From positions 11,610 to 75,609 of the forward strand of contig NZ_CAXQZB010000043.1 in NCBI RefSeq assembly GCF_964228225.1: DNA of 64,000 bases, given 5' to 3'. Positions 30,410-40,114 of the stretch are shown in pieces. Source of the DNA: Nocardioides sp. (GTDB lineage: Bacteria; Actinomycetota; Actinomycetes; Propionibacteriales; Nocardioidaceae). The position numbers and the translations under genes were made by a program. The notes below the pieces were generated by a model. That model worked only from the letters and a program-made list of their open reading frames with translations, ran no database searches and had not been told where the DNA came from. Position 1 is the stretch's first letter. Each line of letters begins with the position of its first letter.

Positions 30410-31828
30410 CTACCGCGCCGTGGCGACCTCGCGCACCACGGCCCCGAGCACCTGGGCGGCCTCGGCGAACCGGTCGCGATCGGCCCCGGCGAAGCCGGCG
30501 CGCAGGTAGGGCCCGGTCGGCTCCGCCGGGAACCACTCGTCGCCGGCGGCGAGCAGCACGTCCTGCTGCTCGCACCGTCGCACCACCTCGGCCGGGTCGG
30601 TGCCGTCGGGGAGCCGCAGCCACAGGTGGATCCCCCCGACGGGCCGATGCGCCACCTCCACCTCGGGGGCGTGCGTCGTCAGGGCCTCCAGGAGCTCGTC
30701 GCGCCGCACCCGCAGCCCCGCACGCAGCGTGCGCAGGTGGCGCGCCCACCCCGGCTGGGTCACGACGTCCAGGGCGGCGGCCTGCAGCACCCCGCTCACG
30801 TACATCGTCTGCGCGGCCCGGTCGGCTAGGATGCGGTCGCGGGCCGGTCCGCGCGCCACGATCGCGCCGACCCGCAGGGCGGGGGAGACCGACTTGGTGA
30901 GCGTGCGCAGGTACACCACGTGGCCGTCGTCGTCGTGGCCCACCAGCGGCCGCGGGTCCACGTCGATGGCGAGGTCGTGGGCCCAGTCGTCCTCCACGAG
31001 GAAGCAGCCGTGCCGTCGCACGGCGGCCAGCACCGCCCGGCCGGTCTCCTCGCTCCACCGGCCCCCGGTGGGGTTGGCGAAGGTGGGCTGGGCGTAGAAG
31101 GCACGGGCACCGCTGGTGGCCAGGGCGTGGTCGACCACGTCGGGGTCGGGGCCGTCCGGACCGCTGGGCACCGGCACCAGCCGGACACCGGTCTGCGCGG
31201 CGGCCAGCAGGGCGCCCCAGTAGGTGGGCGACTCGATCACCAGGGCCCCGCCCGACCCCACGAGCGTCCGGAACACCGAGCCCAGCGCGCCCTGGAGGCC
31301 GGCGACCACCAGGGCGTCCCGCTCGCCGGGCGGGGTGACGCCGGGCCGTGCGTGGCGCCCGGCCTCGCGGGCGAACCAGGCCCGGAGCTCGGGCAGGCCG
31401 GCCGGCGGCATCCGCTGCACGGCGGCGTCCCCGCGCGACGCGCGGGCGAGCGCGGCCCGGACCAGCCGCTCGGGGAGCAGTGCGGGGTCGGGGTAGCCGC
31501 CGCGCAGCTCCACGGCGTCCGGTCGGCCGCTGCGCTGCGGCGAGGCCAGCCCGGGCAGCAGCGCCGGCCGCGCGCCGAGGGCGGCGGTCTGCCACGCCAG
31601 GTCGGCGGTGCGCGGGACGGGGGCGGTGAGGGTGAAGGTGCCGACACCGGGTCGGCTCTCCACCAGGCCCTGGGCGACCAGGTGCTGCACCGCCTTGTGC
31701 ACCGTCACCGGGCTCACGCCGTGCTGGGCCACCAGGGCGCGCGACGAGGGCAGCCGGGTCCCCGGCGGGGCGTCCGCCACCCAGGAACGCAGTCGCTCGA
31801 CCAGTCGCCCCGCGCTATCCTGGTTCAT
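30410..31828 (-). CDS. MocR/GabR-type PLP-dependent transcriptional regulator (GntR HTH + aminotransferase-like domain)
   Basis: N-terminus LPSSRALVAQHGVSPVTVHKAVQHLVAQGLVESRPGVGTF (GntR wHTH). C-terminal fold-type I aminotransferase-like domain (YAQPTFANPTG, RTLTKSVSPALRVG). Confidence 0.85.
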   Translation of the reverse strand: MNQDSAGRLVERLRSWVADAPPGTRLPSSRALVAQHGVSPVTVHKAVQHLVAQGLVESRPGVGTFTLTAPVPRTADLAWQTAALGARPALLPGLASPQRSGRPDAVELRGGYPDPALLPERLVRAALARASRGDAAVQRMPPAGLPELRAWFAREAGRHARPGVTPPGERDALVVAGLQGALGSVFRTLVGSGGALVIESPTYWGALLAAAQTGVRLVPVPSGPDGPDPDVVDHALATSGARAFYAQPTFANPTGGRWSEETGRAVLAAVRRHGCFLVEDDWAHDLAIDVDPRPLVGHDDDGHVVYLRTLTKSVSPALRVGAIVARGPARDRILADRAAQTMYVSGVLQAAALDVVTQPGWARHLRTLRAGLRVRRDELLEALTTHAPEVEVAHRPVGGIHLWLRLPDGTDPAEVVRRCEQQDVLLAAGDEWFPAEPTGPYLRAGFAGADRDRFAEAAQVLGAVVREVATAR

Positions 31829-32813
31829 GACGAGACAGAGTAGCGCTACTGCCCTCGGAGCGCCTCCGCTACCGTCCCCGCGTGGTCTGGCCTGGGGGTT
31901 CGTGGGGGTCCTCGCGTTCTCCTTCTCGGTGCCGTTCACCCGGCTCGCGGTGCAGGGCGGCCTGCCGCCGCTGTTCGTCGGGGCCGGCCGCGCCGTCGTC
32001 GCGGCCGTGCTGGCCGCGGCGGCGCTCGCGCTCACCCGCCAGCGGCTCCCGCGCGCCCGGCAGTGGGTCCGGCTGCTCGTCGTGGCCGGCGGGGTGGTCG
32101 CGGGGTTCCCGCTGCTCACCTCCCTCGCCCTCGACCGCGTGCCGGCCGGCCACAGCGCCGTGGTGATCGGGCTGCTGCCGGCGGCCACGGCCGCGACGGT
32201 CGTGCTGCGGACGCGCGAGCGGGTGGCGGCCCGCTTCTGGGTGGCCGCCGGGGCGGGCGCGGTCGCGGTCGCCGGTGTCACCGCCGCCGGCTCCGGGCTG
32301 CCCCAGGGCGCGGGAGCGGCGGACCTGCTGCTCGTGGGCGCGGTCCTCGCCGCGGCGCTGGGCTACGCCGAGGGCGGGCTGCTGGCGCGCGAGCTCGGCG
32401 CCTGGCAGACCGTGTCGTGGGCCCTGGTGCTCGCCTCGCCCGCGATGCTCGCCGTCACCGTCGTCGCGCTCCTCGGTCCGGCCACCGCCGACGATCGCTG
32501 GTCGGCGGTCCCGGCGTCGGCCTGGGCGGCCTTCGCCTACCTCGCGGCGGTGTCGATGTACCTCGGCTTCTTCGCCTGGTACCGGGGCCTCGCGCTGGGG
32601 CCGATGGCCCAGGTGAGCCAGGTCCAGCTGCTGCAGCCGGTGCTCAGCCTGGTCTGGGCGACCCTGCTGCTCGGCGAGCACCTCGCTCCCGCCACCGTCG
32701 TCGGCGGCGCGGTGGTCATCGCCTGTGCGCGCAGCGCGGTGCGGGCCCGGCAGGCGCCGCCCGCCCGTCCCGCGCCCGGACGCACGACCGCGGAGCCCCC
32801 GGTGGCCCGGTGA
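31827..32813 (+). CDS. EamA/DMT-family transporter
   Basis: LAWGFVGVLAFSFSVPFTRLAV plus about 10 TM segments and two EamA-like halves. The only canonical in-frame start before TM1 is the ATG at 31827, which overlaps the divergent MocR start. The first ~20 codons have atypical low GC3, so the start is uncertain. Confidence 0.65.
   Translation: MTRQSSATALGAPPLPSPRGLAWGFVGVLAFSFSVPFTRLAVQGGLPPLFVGAGRAVVAAVLAAAALALTRQRLPRARQWVRLLVVAGGVVAGFPLLTSLALDRVPAGHSAVVIGLLPAATAATVVLRTRERVAARFWVAAGAGAVAVAGVTAAGSGLPQGAGAADLLLVGAVLAAALGYAEGGLLARELGAWQTVSWALVLASPAMLAVTVVALLGPATADDRWSAVPASAWAAFAYLAAVSMYLGFFAWYRGLALGPMAQVSQVQLLQPVLSLVWATLLLGEHLAPATVVGGAVVIACARSAVRARQAPPARPAPGRTTAEPPVAR
31839..31850. promoter_or_regulatory. 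12-bp perfect palindrome AGTAGCGCTACT at the MocR/EamA junction (candidate operator)
   Basis: Self-complementary. Located 11 nt upstream of the MocR ATG (minus strand) in a locally low-GC patch. Confidence 0.35.
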
Positions 32814-32856
32814 CTCCGCGGTCGGTGCGGTGCGGTGCAGTCGGTGCTGGGCGGCG

Positions 32857-33954
32857 TCAGACCGTCCAGGTGTCGCCGGCGTGGAGCAGGGCGGTGAGGC
32901 GGTCGTCCTGGCTGCCCTCGACGGCGCCCTGCGCCCGCTGCACCTGGTCGCGGGTGAGGTCGTCGTAGGTCGGGCGCTGCACCTGGCGGAAGATGCCGAT
33001 GGGCGAGCGGTGCAGCACGCCGGCGTCGGTGAGCCGGCTCAGCGCGAACGCGGTGGTGGGGTCCTCGGCGTGGGCGTCGTGCACCAGCAGGGCGTCGGTG
33101 CCGACCTCGGCGACGTCGACCACCCGCACGCCGCCGGTGGCGGCGTCCCGGACGACGCCCTTGGCGGGCAGGCCGTCCTCGCCCGGCGCGCCGAACCGGA
33201 TCGGCTCGCCGTGGGTGAGCGGGATGATCGCCTCGGCCTTGGTGTCGTTGTCCTTGATGGAGTCGAACGCGCCGTCGTTGAAGATCGGGCAGTTCTGGTA
33301 GATCTCCACCAGCGACGTGCCGCGGTGGGCGGCGGCCGCGGCGAGCACCGAGGTGAGGTGCTTGCGGTCGGAGTCGATGGTGCGGGCCACGAACGACGCC
33401 TCCGCGCCGAGCGCGAGCGACACCGGGTTGAAGGGGTGGTCGACCGAGCCCATCGGGGTGGACTTGGTGACCTTGCCGGCCTCGCTGGTGGGGGAGTACT
33501 GGCCCTTGGTGAGGCCGTAGATCCGGTTGTTGAACAGCAGGATCGTCATGTTGACGTTGCGGCGCAGCGCGTGGATCAGGTGGTTGCCGCCGATGGACAG
33601 CGCGTCGCCGTCGCCGGTGACGACCCACACCGAGAGGTCCTCGCGGGCGGTGGCCAGACCGGTGGCGATCGACGGCGCCCGGCCGTGGATCGAGTGCATC
33701 CCGTAGGTCTCGAGGTAGTACGGGAAGCGGCTGGAGCAGCCGATGCCGGAGATGAACACGATGTTCTCCCGGCGCAGGCCCAGGTCGGGCAGGAAGGACT
33801 GCACGGCCTTGAGCACGGCGTAGTCGCCGCACCCGGGGCACCAGCGCACCTCCTGGTCGGAGGAGAAGTCCTTCCCGCTCTGCGGGGTGTCGGTCGTGGG
33901 AACCAGCTCGGTGCCCGAACGCAGGGCCGGCAGGCCCAGGTCGATGTTCGTCAT
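32857..33954 (-). CDS. korB: 2-oxoglutarate/2-oxoacid:ferredoxin oxidoreductase beta subunit
   Basis: WCPGCGDYAVL, ISGIGCSSRFPYY and GDGDALSIGGNH (ThDP-binding). ATGA overlap with korA. Confidence 0.9.
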   Translation of the reverse strand: MTNIDLGLPALRSGTELVPTTDTPQSGKDFSSDQEVRWCPGCGDYAVLKAVQSFLPDLGLRRENIVFISGIGCSSRFPYYLETYGMHSIHGRAPSIATGLATAREDLSVWVVTGDGDALSIGGNHLIHALRRNVNMTILLFNNRIYGLTKGQYSPTSEAGKVTKSTPMGSVDHPFNPVSLALGAEASFVARTIDSDRKHLTSVLAAAAAHRGTSLVEIYQNCPIFNDGAFDSIKDNDTKAEAIIPLTHGEPIRFGAPGEDGLPAKGVVRDAATGGVRVVDVAEVGTDALLVHDAHAEDPTTAFALSRLTDAGVLHRSPIGIFRQVQRPTYDDLTRDQVQRAQGAVEGSQDDRLTALLHAGDTWTV

Positions 33955-35903
33955 CGCACGCCCTCCTCGGCGTCGGTGGATCCGGTGGCGGCGGTGAGGT
34001 CGACGGTGATGCCCTCGGCCTCGGCCACGAGGTTGCCGATCGCCTCGGCGAGGTCGGCGGCCTTGAGCGGCAGGCCGCGCACCTGGTTGTAGCCGATGGC
34101 GTCGACCAGGTACTCGGCGCGCAGCAGCTTGGAGAGCTGGCCGAGGTTCATCTCGGGCACCAGGACCTTGTCGTAGCGCTTGAGGATGTCGCCGAGGTCG
34201 TTCGGGAACGGGTTGAGGTGGCGCAGGTGCACCTGGGCGACGTGGTAGCCGGCCTTGCGGACCCGGCGGCAGCCGGCGCCGATCGGGCCGTAGGTGGAGC
34301 CCCAGCCGATCACCAGCACCTTGGCCTCGCCGGACGGGTCGTCGACCTCGAGCGGGGGCAGCGAGGCGGCGATGGCCTCGATCTTGGCCTGGCGGGTGCG
34401 GACCATGCGGTCGTGGTTGGCGGGGTCGTAGGAGATGTTGCCGTGACCCTCGCCCTTCTCCAGTCCGCCGATGCGGTGCTCCAGGCCGGGGGTGCCGGGC
34501 ACGGCCCACGGGCGTGCCAGGGTCTCCTCGTCGCGCAGGTAGGGCCAGAACTCGTCGGGGGTGCCGTCGGTCGACTTCTCCGAGGCGTGGTTGGGCTCGG
34601 TGGCGAAGGCCGGGTCGATGGCCGGCATCTCCGCCAGCGTCGGGATGCGCCACGGCTCGGACCCGTTGGCGAGGTAGCCGTCGGAGAGCAGCACGACGGG
34701 GGTGCGGTGGGTGACCGCGATGCGGGTCGCCTCCACCGCGGCCATGAAGCAGTCGCCGGGGGACTGGGGCGCGATGACGGCCAGCGGCGCCTCGCCGTTG
34801 CGGCCGTACATCGCCTGCAGCAGGTCGGCCTGCTCGGTCTTGGTGGGCAGACCGGTGGAGGGGCCGCCGCGCTGGACGTCGACGACGACCAGCGGCAGCT
34901 CGGTCATGACCGCCAGGCCGAGGAACTCCGACTTCAGCGCGACGCCGGGGCCGGAGGTGGTGGTGACGCCGAGCGCGCCACCGAAGGCCGCGCCGATGGC
35001 CGAGCCGATGCCGGCGATCTCGTCCTCGGCCTGGAACGTGGTGACGCCGAAGCCCTTGTGCTTGCTCAGCTCGTGCAGGATGTCGGAGGCCGGGGTGATC
35101 GGGTAGGACCCGAGGAAGACCGGCAGCCCCGAGCGCACCCCGCCCGCGATGAGGCCGTAGGCCAGCGCGAGGTTGCCGGTGATGTTGCGGTAGGTGCCCT
35201 CGGGCAGCTTGGCGGGCTTGATCTCGTACTGCACCGCGAAGGCCTCGGTGGTCTCACCGAAGTTCCAGCCCGACTTGAACGCGGTGATGTTGGCGTCGCG
35301 CACCGCGGGGTTCTTGGCGAACTTGGCGCCCAGGAACGTCTCGGTGTGCTCGGTGGGGCGGCCGTACATCCAGGACAGCAGGCCCAGGGCGAACATGTTC
35401 TTCGCCCGGGCGGCGTCCTTGCGGGAGAGCCCGAACTCCTTGACGGCCTCCACGGTCATGCCGGTGAGGTCGACCGGGTGGACCGCGAAGTCGCCCAGCA
35501 GCGACCCGGCGTCGCCCAGGGACTCCAGCGGGTTGGCCTCGTAGCCGGCCTTGGCGAGGTTGCGGGCCGTGAAGTCGTGGGTGTCCACGATCACCGTCGC
35601 GCCCTTGGGCAGGTCGGGCAGGTTCGCCTTGAGCGCGGCCGGGTTCATCGCGACCAGCACGTCGGGCGCGTCGCCGGCGGTGAGGATGTCGTGGTCGGCG
35701 AAGTGCACCTGGAACGACGAGACGCCCGGCAGGGTGCCCTGGGGGGCCCGGATCTCGGCCGGGAAGTTGGGGAGCGTCACGAGGTCGTTGCCGAAGACGG
35801 CCGACTCCTGCGTGAACCGGTCGCCGGTGAGCTGCATGCCGTCACCGGAGTCTCCTGCGAACCGGATGATCACCCGGTCCAGCTGCTTGACCTGCTTGGC
35901 CAC
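33951..35903 (-). CDS. korA: 2-oxoglutarate/2-oxoacid:ferredoxin oxidoreductase alpha subunit
   Basis: RFAGDSGDGMQLTG, YPITPASDILHEL. 650 aa fused alpha/gamma-type subunit, as in actinobacterial KorA. GTG start with GAAGGTGGA upstream. Confidence 0.9.
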   Translation of the reverse strand: MAKQVKQLDRVIIRFAGDSGDGMQLTGDRFTQESAVFGNDLVTLPNFPAEIRAPQGTLPGVSSFQVHFADHDILTAGDAPDVLVAMNPAALKANLPDLPKGATVIVDTHDFTARNLAKAGYEANPLESLGDAGSLLGDFAVHPVDLTGMTVEAVKEFGLSRKDAARAKNMFALGLLSWMYGRPTEHTETFLGAKFAKNPAVRDANITAFKSGWNFGETTEAFAVQYEIKPAKLPEGTYRNITGNLALAYGLIAGGVRSGLPVFLGSYPITPASDILHELSKHKGFGVTTFQAEDEIAGIGSAIGAAFGGALGVTTTSGPGVALKSEFLGLAVMTELPLVVVDVQRGGPSTGLPTKTEQADLLQAMYGRNGEAPLAVIAPQSPGDCFMAAVEATRIAVTHRTPVVLLSDGYLANGSEPWRIPTLAEMPAIDPAFATEPNHASEKSTDGTPDEFWPYLRDEETLARPWAVPGTPGLEHRIGGLEKGEGHGNISYDPANHDRMVRTRQAKIEAIAASLPPLEVDDPSGEAKVLVIGWGSTYGPIGAGCRRVRKAGYHVAQVHLRHLNPFPNDLGDILKRYDKVLVPEMNLGQLSKLLRAEYLVDAIGYNQVRGLPLKAADLAEAIGNLVAEAEGITVDLTAATGSTDAEEGVR

Positions 35904-35976
35904 TGTTCCACCTTCGTCGCGCTGCCCGCGTCGTCGCGGGCGTGAGTGGGTCCCGGGTCGTCCCGGCAGTCAAAAG

Positions 35977-35990
35977 TAGAACGCGTTCTA
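35977..35990. promoter_or_regulatory. 14-bp perfect palindrome TAGAACGCGTTCTA upstream of korA (candidate operator)
   Basis: Self-complementary. Lies 74 nt upstream of the korA GTG in the 313-bp divergent korA/sbp intergenic region. Confidence 0.4.
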
Positions 35991-36084
35991 GACACCTGTC
36001 CAGGGCGGCGCCCTCCGCTCCACGATAACGACCGACCGTCGCCCGAGGGGGTCGTCCTGCCACTCGGATGGCGCCGGGAGTGAC

Positions 36085-36110
36085 CGATCCCACTGGTCTA
36101 GACCGGATCG
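36085..36110. promoter_or_regulatory. Palindrome GGTCTAGACC flanked by CGATCC/GGATCG arms (candidate operator)
   Basis: Core self-complementary 10-mer at 36095-36104. Shares TCTAGAC with the 35977 site. Confidence 0.3.
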
Positions 36111-36216
36111 TGGCGACTGAGTGTGTCGATTCGACTGCGTTACCAATGTTGATTAGCCTGATCGAGTTAAGTCCGCGGGTGGCCCATGGCCGCCCCGACC
36201 CCCAGGAGCTTCGACC

Positions 36217-37254
36217 ATGAAGAAGACCCAGCGGCTGGCCGCCGTCGCGGCGCTCTCCGCGCTGGCGCTGACGGCCTGCACCTCCACCGGTGGCAACGAG
36301 TCCGGCACCGACGTGCGCGTCGTCGCCTTCTCCGTGATGGAGAACGCCAACGAGCCGGTGTTCGAGGACTTCAAGGCCACCGACGCCGGTGCCGACGTGA
36401 ACTTCGTGCCCAGCTACGGCCCCTCCGGCGACCAGAGCCGCTCGGTCGTGAACGGCGCCGACGCCGACGTCGTCCACTTCTCCCTCGAGACCGACGTCAC
36501 GCGTCTGGTCGACGCCGGCCTGGTGGACCAGAACTGGAAGGACACCCCCACGAACGGCATCGCGACGTCCTCGGTCGTGGTGTTCGTCGTGCGCAAGGGC
36601 AACCCCGAGAACATCCAGGGCTGGGACGACCTGGTCAAGCCCGGCATCGAGGTCGTGACCCCGAACCCCGGCTCCTCCGGCTCGGCGCGGTGGAACATCC
36701 TCGCCGCCTGGGCGCACGTCGCCGGCAACGGCGGCACCGAGGAGCAGGCCAAGACCTTCGTCTCCGACCTGCTCGCCAACACCCCGGCCCTGCCCGCCTC
36801 CGCCCGTGACGCGACCTCGGCCTTCGAGGAGGGCGACCAGGACGTCCTGCTCAGCTACGAGAACGAGGCGGTCATCGCCAAGCAGAACGGCGTCGACGTC
36901 GACTACATCGTGCCCGACGACACCCTGCTGATCGAGAACCCCGCCGCGGTCACCACCGAGGCCTCCGACGCCGGCAAGGCGTTCCTCGAGTTCATGACCA
37001 GCCCCGAGGCGCAGGCCGACTACGCCCAGGCCGGCTTCCGGCCCGTGATCGACGGCGTCGACTTCGGCGACGTCGAGGGTGCCAACGACCCGACCGACCC
37101 CTTCCCGGTGCCCCCGACGCTGTTCACCATCGACGACACCTTCAACGGGTGGGGCGAGGCCGCCGACACGTTCTTCGCCGACGGCGAGGACGGCGGTCCG
37201 GTCGGCATCATCACCCAGCTGATCGCCGACTCCGGCTCCGACGCCCAGGAGTGA
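36217..37254 (+). CDS. Sulfate/thiosulfate ABC transporter substrate-binding lipoprotein
   Basis: Lipobox LALTAC. Sulfate-binding protein blocks (SYGPSGDQSRSV, VVTPNPGSSGSARWN). CAGGAG lies 7 nt before the ATG. Confidence 0.9.
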   Translation: MKKTQRLAAVAALSALALTACTSTGGNESGTDVRVVAFSVMENANEPVFEDFKATDAGADVNFVPSYGPSGDQSRSVVNGADADVVHFSLETDVTRLVDAGLVDQNWKDTPTNGIATSSVVVFVVRKGNPENIQGWDDLVKPGIEVVTPNPGSSGSARWNILAAWAHVAGNGGTEEQAKTFVSDLLANTPALPASARDATSAFEEGDQDVLLSYENEAVIAKQNGVDVDYIVPDDTLLIENPAAVTTEASDAGKAFLEFMTSPEAQADYAQAGFRPVIDGVDFGDVEGANDPTDPFPVPPTLFTIDDTFNGWGEAADTFFADGEDGGPVGIITQLIADSGSDAQE

Positions 37255-38108
37255 CGTCGGCTGTGACCACTCTCGACGCCGCTCCCGCCCGCCCGGCGCG
37301 TACCCGGGCGAGCGGGGGCGGCCAGCCCCTCGGCGGGGGTTCGGCCCTCGCCCTCGGCCTGGCGATGATCTGGTTCAGCCTGCTCGTGCTCATCCCGCTG
37401 ACCGCGATCGTGATCAGCGCCTCCGAGCGCGGGTTCGGCGGGTACTGGGACACCATCACCGCGCCGCAGACCCTCGCCGCCGTCCGCCTGACGGTGGGCC
37501 AGGCGCTGTTCGTGACCGCGATCAACGTCGTGATGGGCACGATCATCGCCTGGGTCCTCGTCCGTGACCGCTTCTTCGGCAAGCGGGTGCTCGACGTCAT
37601 CATCGACATCCCGTTCGCCCTGCCCACGATCGTCGCCGGTCTGGTGCTGCTCGGCCTCTACGGTCCCGACAGCCCCCTCGGCCTGGACTGGGCCTACTCC
37701 TCCAAGGCCGTCTTCCTCGCGCTCGCCTTCGTCACCCTGCCCTTCGTGGTGCGCACGGTGCAGCCGGTGCTGGCCGAGCTCGAGGGCGACGTCGAGGAGG
37801 CCGCGGCCTCCCTCGGCGCCTCCAAGGCCACCATCGTGCGGCGGATCATCCTGCCCAGCCTCACTCCGGCCATCGCGGCGGGCGCGGCGCTGAGCTTCGC
37901 CCGCGCGATCGCGGAGTACGGGTCGCTGGTGCTGCTCTCGGGCAACAAGCCCTTCAGCACCGAGGTCGTCTCCGTGCGCGTGCTCACCTTCATCGAGAAC
38001 GGCAGCACCTCCTCGGCGGCCGCCCTGGCGAGCCTGATGCTCCTGGTGGCGCTGGTGGTCATCGTCGCCCTTGACCTGATCCAGCGGCGGGTGAGTCGCC
38101 GTGGCTGA
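37251..38108 (+). CDS. cysT: Sulfate ABC transporter permease CysT
   Basis: Permease with EAA-like loop (EEAAASLGASKATIVRRIILP). GTGA overlap with the binding-protein gene. Confidence 0.85.
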   Translation: MTSAVTTLDAAPARPARTRASGGGQPLGGGSALALGLAMIWFSLLVLIPLTAIVISASERGFGGYWDTITAPQTLAAVRLTVGQALFVTAINVVMGTIIAWVLVRDRFFGKRVLDVIIDIPFALPTIVAGLVLLGLYGPDSPLGLDWAYSSKAVFLALAFVTLPFVVRTVQPVLAELEGDVEEAAASLGASKATIVRRIILPSLTPAIAAGAALSFARAIAEYGSLVLLSGNKPFSTEVVSVRVLTFIENGSTSSAAALASLMLLVALVVIVALDLIQRRVSRRG

Positions 38109-39078
38109 CCTGATCCAGAAGCCCGACACGCGCTCGCGCGACCCCCACGCCACCCCGACCCCGACCCGGCGCTCGCCGGTGGCCCGGGTGCGGCAACGCT
38201 GGGCGCGGCTGGTGGCCCTGCTCGCCCTGCTGCGGCGCGACCCCGCCGAGGCCGGCCGGCTGTTCGTCGCCTGGGTGCGGCGCAACGCGATGCGGTGGCT
38301 GCTGCGCTACCTCGCCCTGGGCTACGTCTTCTTCCTCGTGGCCTGGCCGGTGGCGCTCGTGGTCAAGGAGGCCTTCGCCGACGGCGTCAGCGGCATGCTG
38401 TCGATCTTCGGCGACGAGCAGGTCGTCCACGCCCTCACCCTCACCGCCCAGGTGGCGGTGCAGGCCGTGATCATCAACCTGGTCTTCGGCGTCACGATCT
38501 CGCTGCTGCTGGTGCGCTACCGGTTCCCCGGCAAGCGGCTGCTCTCGGCGCTGATCGACGTCCCGCTCTCGGTCTCGCCGGTGGTCGTGGGCCTCTCGCT
38601 GCTGCTGGTCTACAACGGCCGCGACGGGTTCTTCGGCACCTGGCTGGAGGAGAACGGCGTCCAGATCATCTTCAGCGGGCCGGGCATCATCATGGCCACC
38701 TGCTTCGTGGCGCTCCCGCTGGTCATCCGCGAGGTCGTGCCGGTCCTCCAGGAGATCGGCGACGAACAGGAGCAGGCCGCCCGCAGCCTCGGGGCCAGCG
38801 GCCGGCAGACCTTCTGGCGCATCACCCTGCCGAGCATCAAGTGGGCCGTCGTCTACGGCGTCGTCCTCAGCCTCGCCCGCAGCCTCGGCGAGTTCGGCGC
38901 CGTCAAGGTCGTCTCGGGCAACTACCTCAACCAGACCCAGACCGCGACGCTGGTCGTGGAGGAGCAGTACCAGAGCTTCGAGAAGGCCTCGGCCTACTCG
39001 GTCTCCTTCGTGCTGGCCTTCGTGAGCGTGCTGTGCATCGTGGTCGTGTCGTTCCTGCGTCCCAAGGAGCACTCGTGA
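38101..39078 (+). CDS. cysW: Sulfate ABC transporter permease CysW
   Basis: Second permease ([21 protein letters not shown]). Overlaps the cysT end. Confidence 0.85.
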   Translation: MADLIQKPDTRSRDPHATPTPTRRSPVARVRQRWARLVALLALLRRDPAEAGRLFVAWVRRNAMRWLLRYLALGYVFFLVAWPVALVVKEAFADGVSGMLSIFGDEQVVHALTLTAQVAVQAVIINLVFGVTISLLLVRYRFPGKRLLSALIDVPLSVSPVVVGLSLLLVYNGRDGFFGTWLEENGVQIIFSGPGIIMATCFVALPLVIREVVPVLQEIGDEQEQAARSLGASGRQTFWRITLPSIKWAVVYGVVLSLARSLGEFGAVKVVSGNYLNQTQTATLVVEEQYQSFEKASAYSVSFVLAFVSVLCIVVVSFLRPKEHS

Positions 39079-40052
39079 GCATCGATGTCACCCACGTCTC
39101 GAAGCGCTTCGGCGACTTCGTGGCCCTCGACGACGTCAGCGTCTCGCTGCCGACCGGTCAGCTCACCGCGCTGCTCGGCCCGTCGGGCGGCGGCAAGTCC
39201 ACCCTGCTGCGCATCATCGCCGGCCTCGACACCGCCGATTCCGGCACGATCTCCATCGAGGGTCGTGACGCGACGAAGCTGCCGCCGCAGAAGCGCAACG
39301 TCGGCTTCGTCTTCCAGCACTACGCGGCCTTCAAGCACCTGAGCGTGGAGAAGAACGTCGCGTTCGGCCTGGAGATCCGCAAGCGCCCCAAGGCCGAGGT
39401 GAAGGCCAAGGTCGCCGAGCTGCTGGACCTGGTGCACCTGAGCCAGTTCGGGCACCGGCTGCCCAGCCAGCTCTCCGGCGGTCAGCGCCAGCGCATGGCG
39501 CTGGCCCGGGCGCTCGCCGTGGAGCCCACGGTGCTGCTGCTCGACGAGCCGTTCGGCGCGCTGGACGCCAAGGTCCGCAAGGAGCTGCGCGACTGGCTGC
39601 GCCGGCTGCACGACGAGGTCCACGTCACGACGATCTTCGTGACCCACGACCAGGAGGAGGCCCTCGAGGTCGCCGACGAGATCGTGGTGATCAACCAGGG
39701 CCGGGTCGAGCAGGTCGGCAGCCCCGACCAGCTCTACGACGACCCGGCCAACGACTTCGTCATGGGCTTCCTCGGGGAGGTCACCACCCTCGGCGGTCAG
39801 CGGCTGCGCCCGCACGACATCGAGGTCGACACCACCCCGGGCCGGGCAGGTGCGCTGCCCGGGACGGTGGTGCGCCACCTGCGGGTCGGCTTCGAGGTGC
39901 GCCTCACGGTGGCCGTGGACGGCGCGGAGTCCGACGTCGACGTCGTCCTCACCCGCACCCACGCCCGCTCCCTGGGGGTGGACGAGGGCGCCCGGGTGTG
40001 GCTCACCCCCGCCGCCGGCGCCACCACGGTGCCGGTGCTCGCCAAGCGCTGA
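39075..40052 (+). CDS. cysA: Sulfate ABC transporter ATP-binding protein CysA
   Basis: Walker [10 protein letters not shown], signature LSGGQRQR, Walker B LLLDEP, and a C-terminal TOBE-like domain. GTGA overlap with cysW. Confidence 0.9.
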   Translation: MSIDVTHVSKRFGDFVALDDVSVSLPTGQLTALLGPSGGGKSTLLRIIAGLDTADSGTISIEGRDATKLPPQKRNVGFVFQHYAAFKHLSVEKNVAFGLEIRKRPKAEVKAKVAELLDLVHLSQFGHRLPSQLSGGQRQRMALARALAVEPTVLLLDEPFGALDAKVRKELRDWLRRLHDEVHVTTIFVTHDQEEALEVADEIVVINQGRVEQVGSPDQLYDDPANDFVMGFLGEVTTLGGQRLRPHDIEVDTTPGRAGALPGTVVRHLRVGFEVRLTVAVDGAESDVDVVLTRTHARSLGVDEGARVWLTPAAGATTVPVLAKR

Positions 40053-40114
40053 GTCACCGCGACGCTGTCCGTCGTCCCCCGGCGACCACCAGGCAGCGGC
40101 AGGGGGAGGGTCGG

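Noticed and set aside
32857-34653. 598-aa version of korB overlapping korA.
   Set aside because: The KorB homology starts at MTNIDLGLP (ATG 33954), which overlaps the korA stop in the usual ATGA coupling. The extension is an alternative frame of korA.
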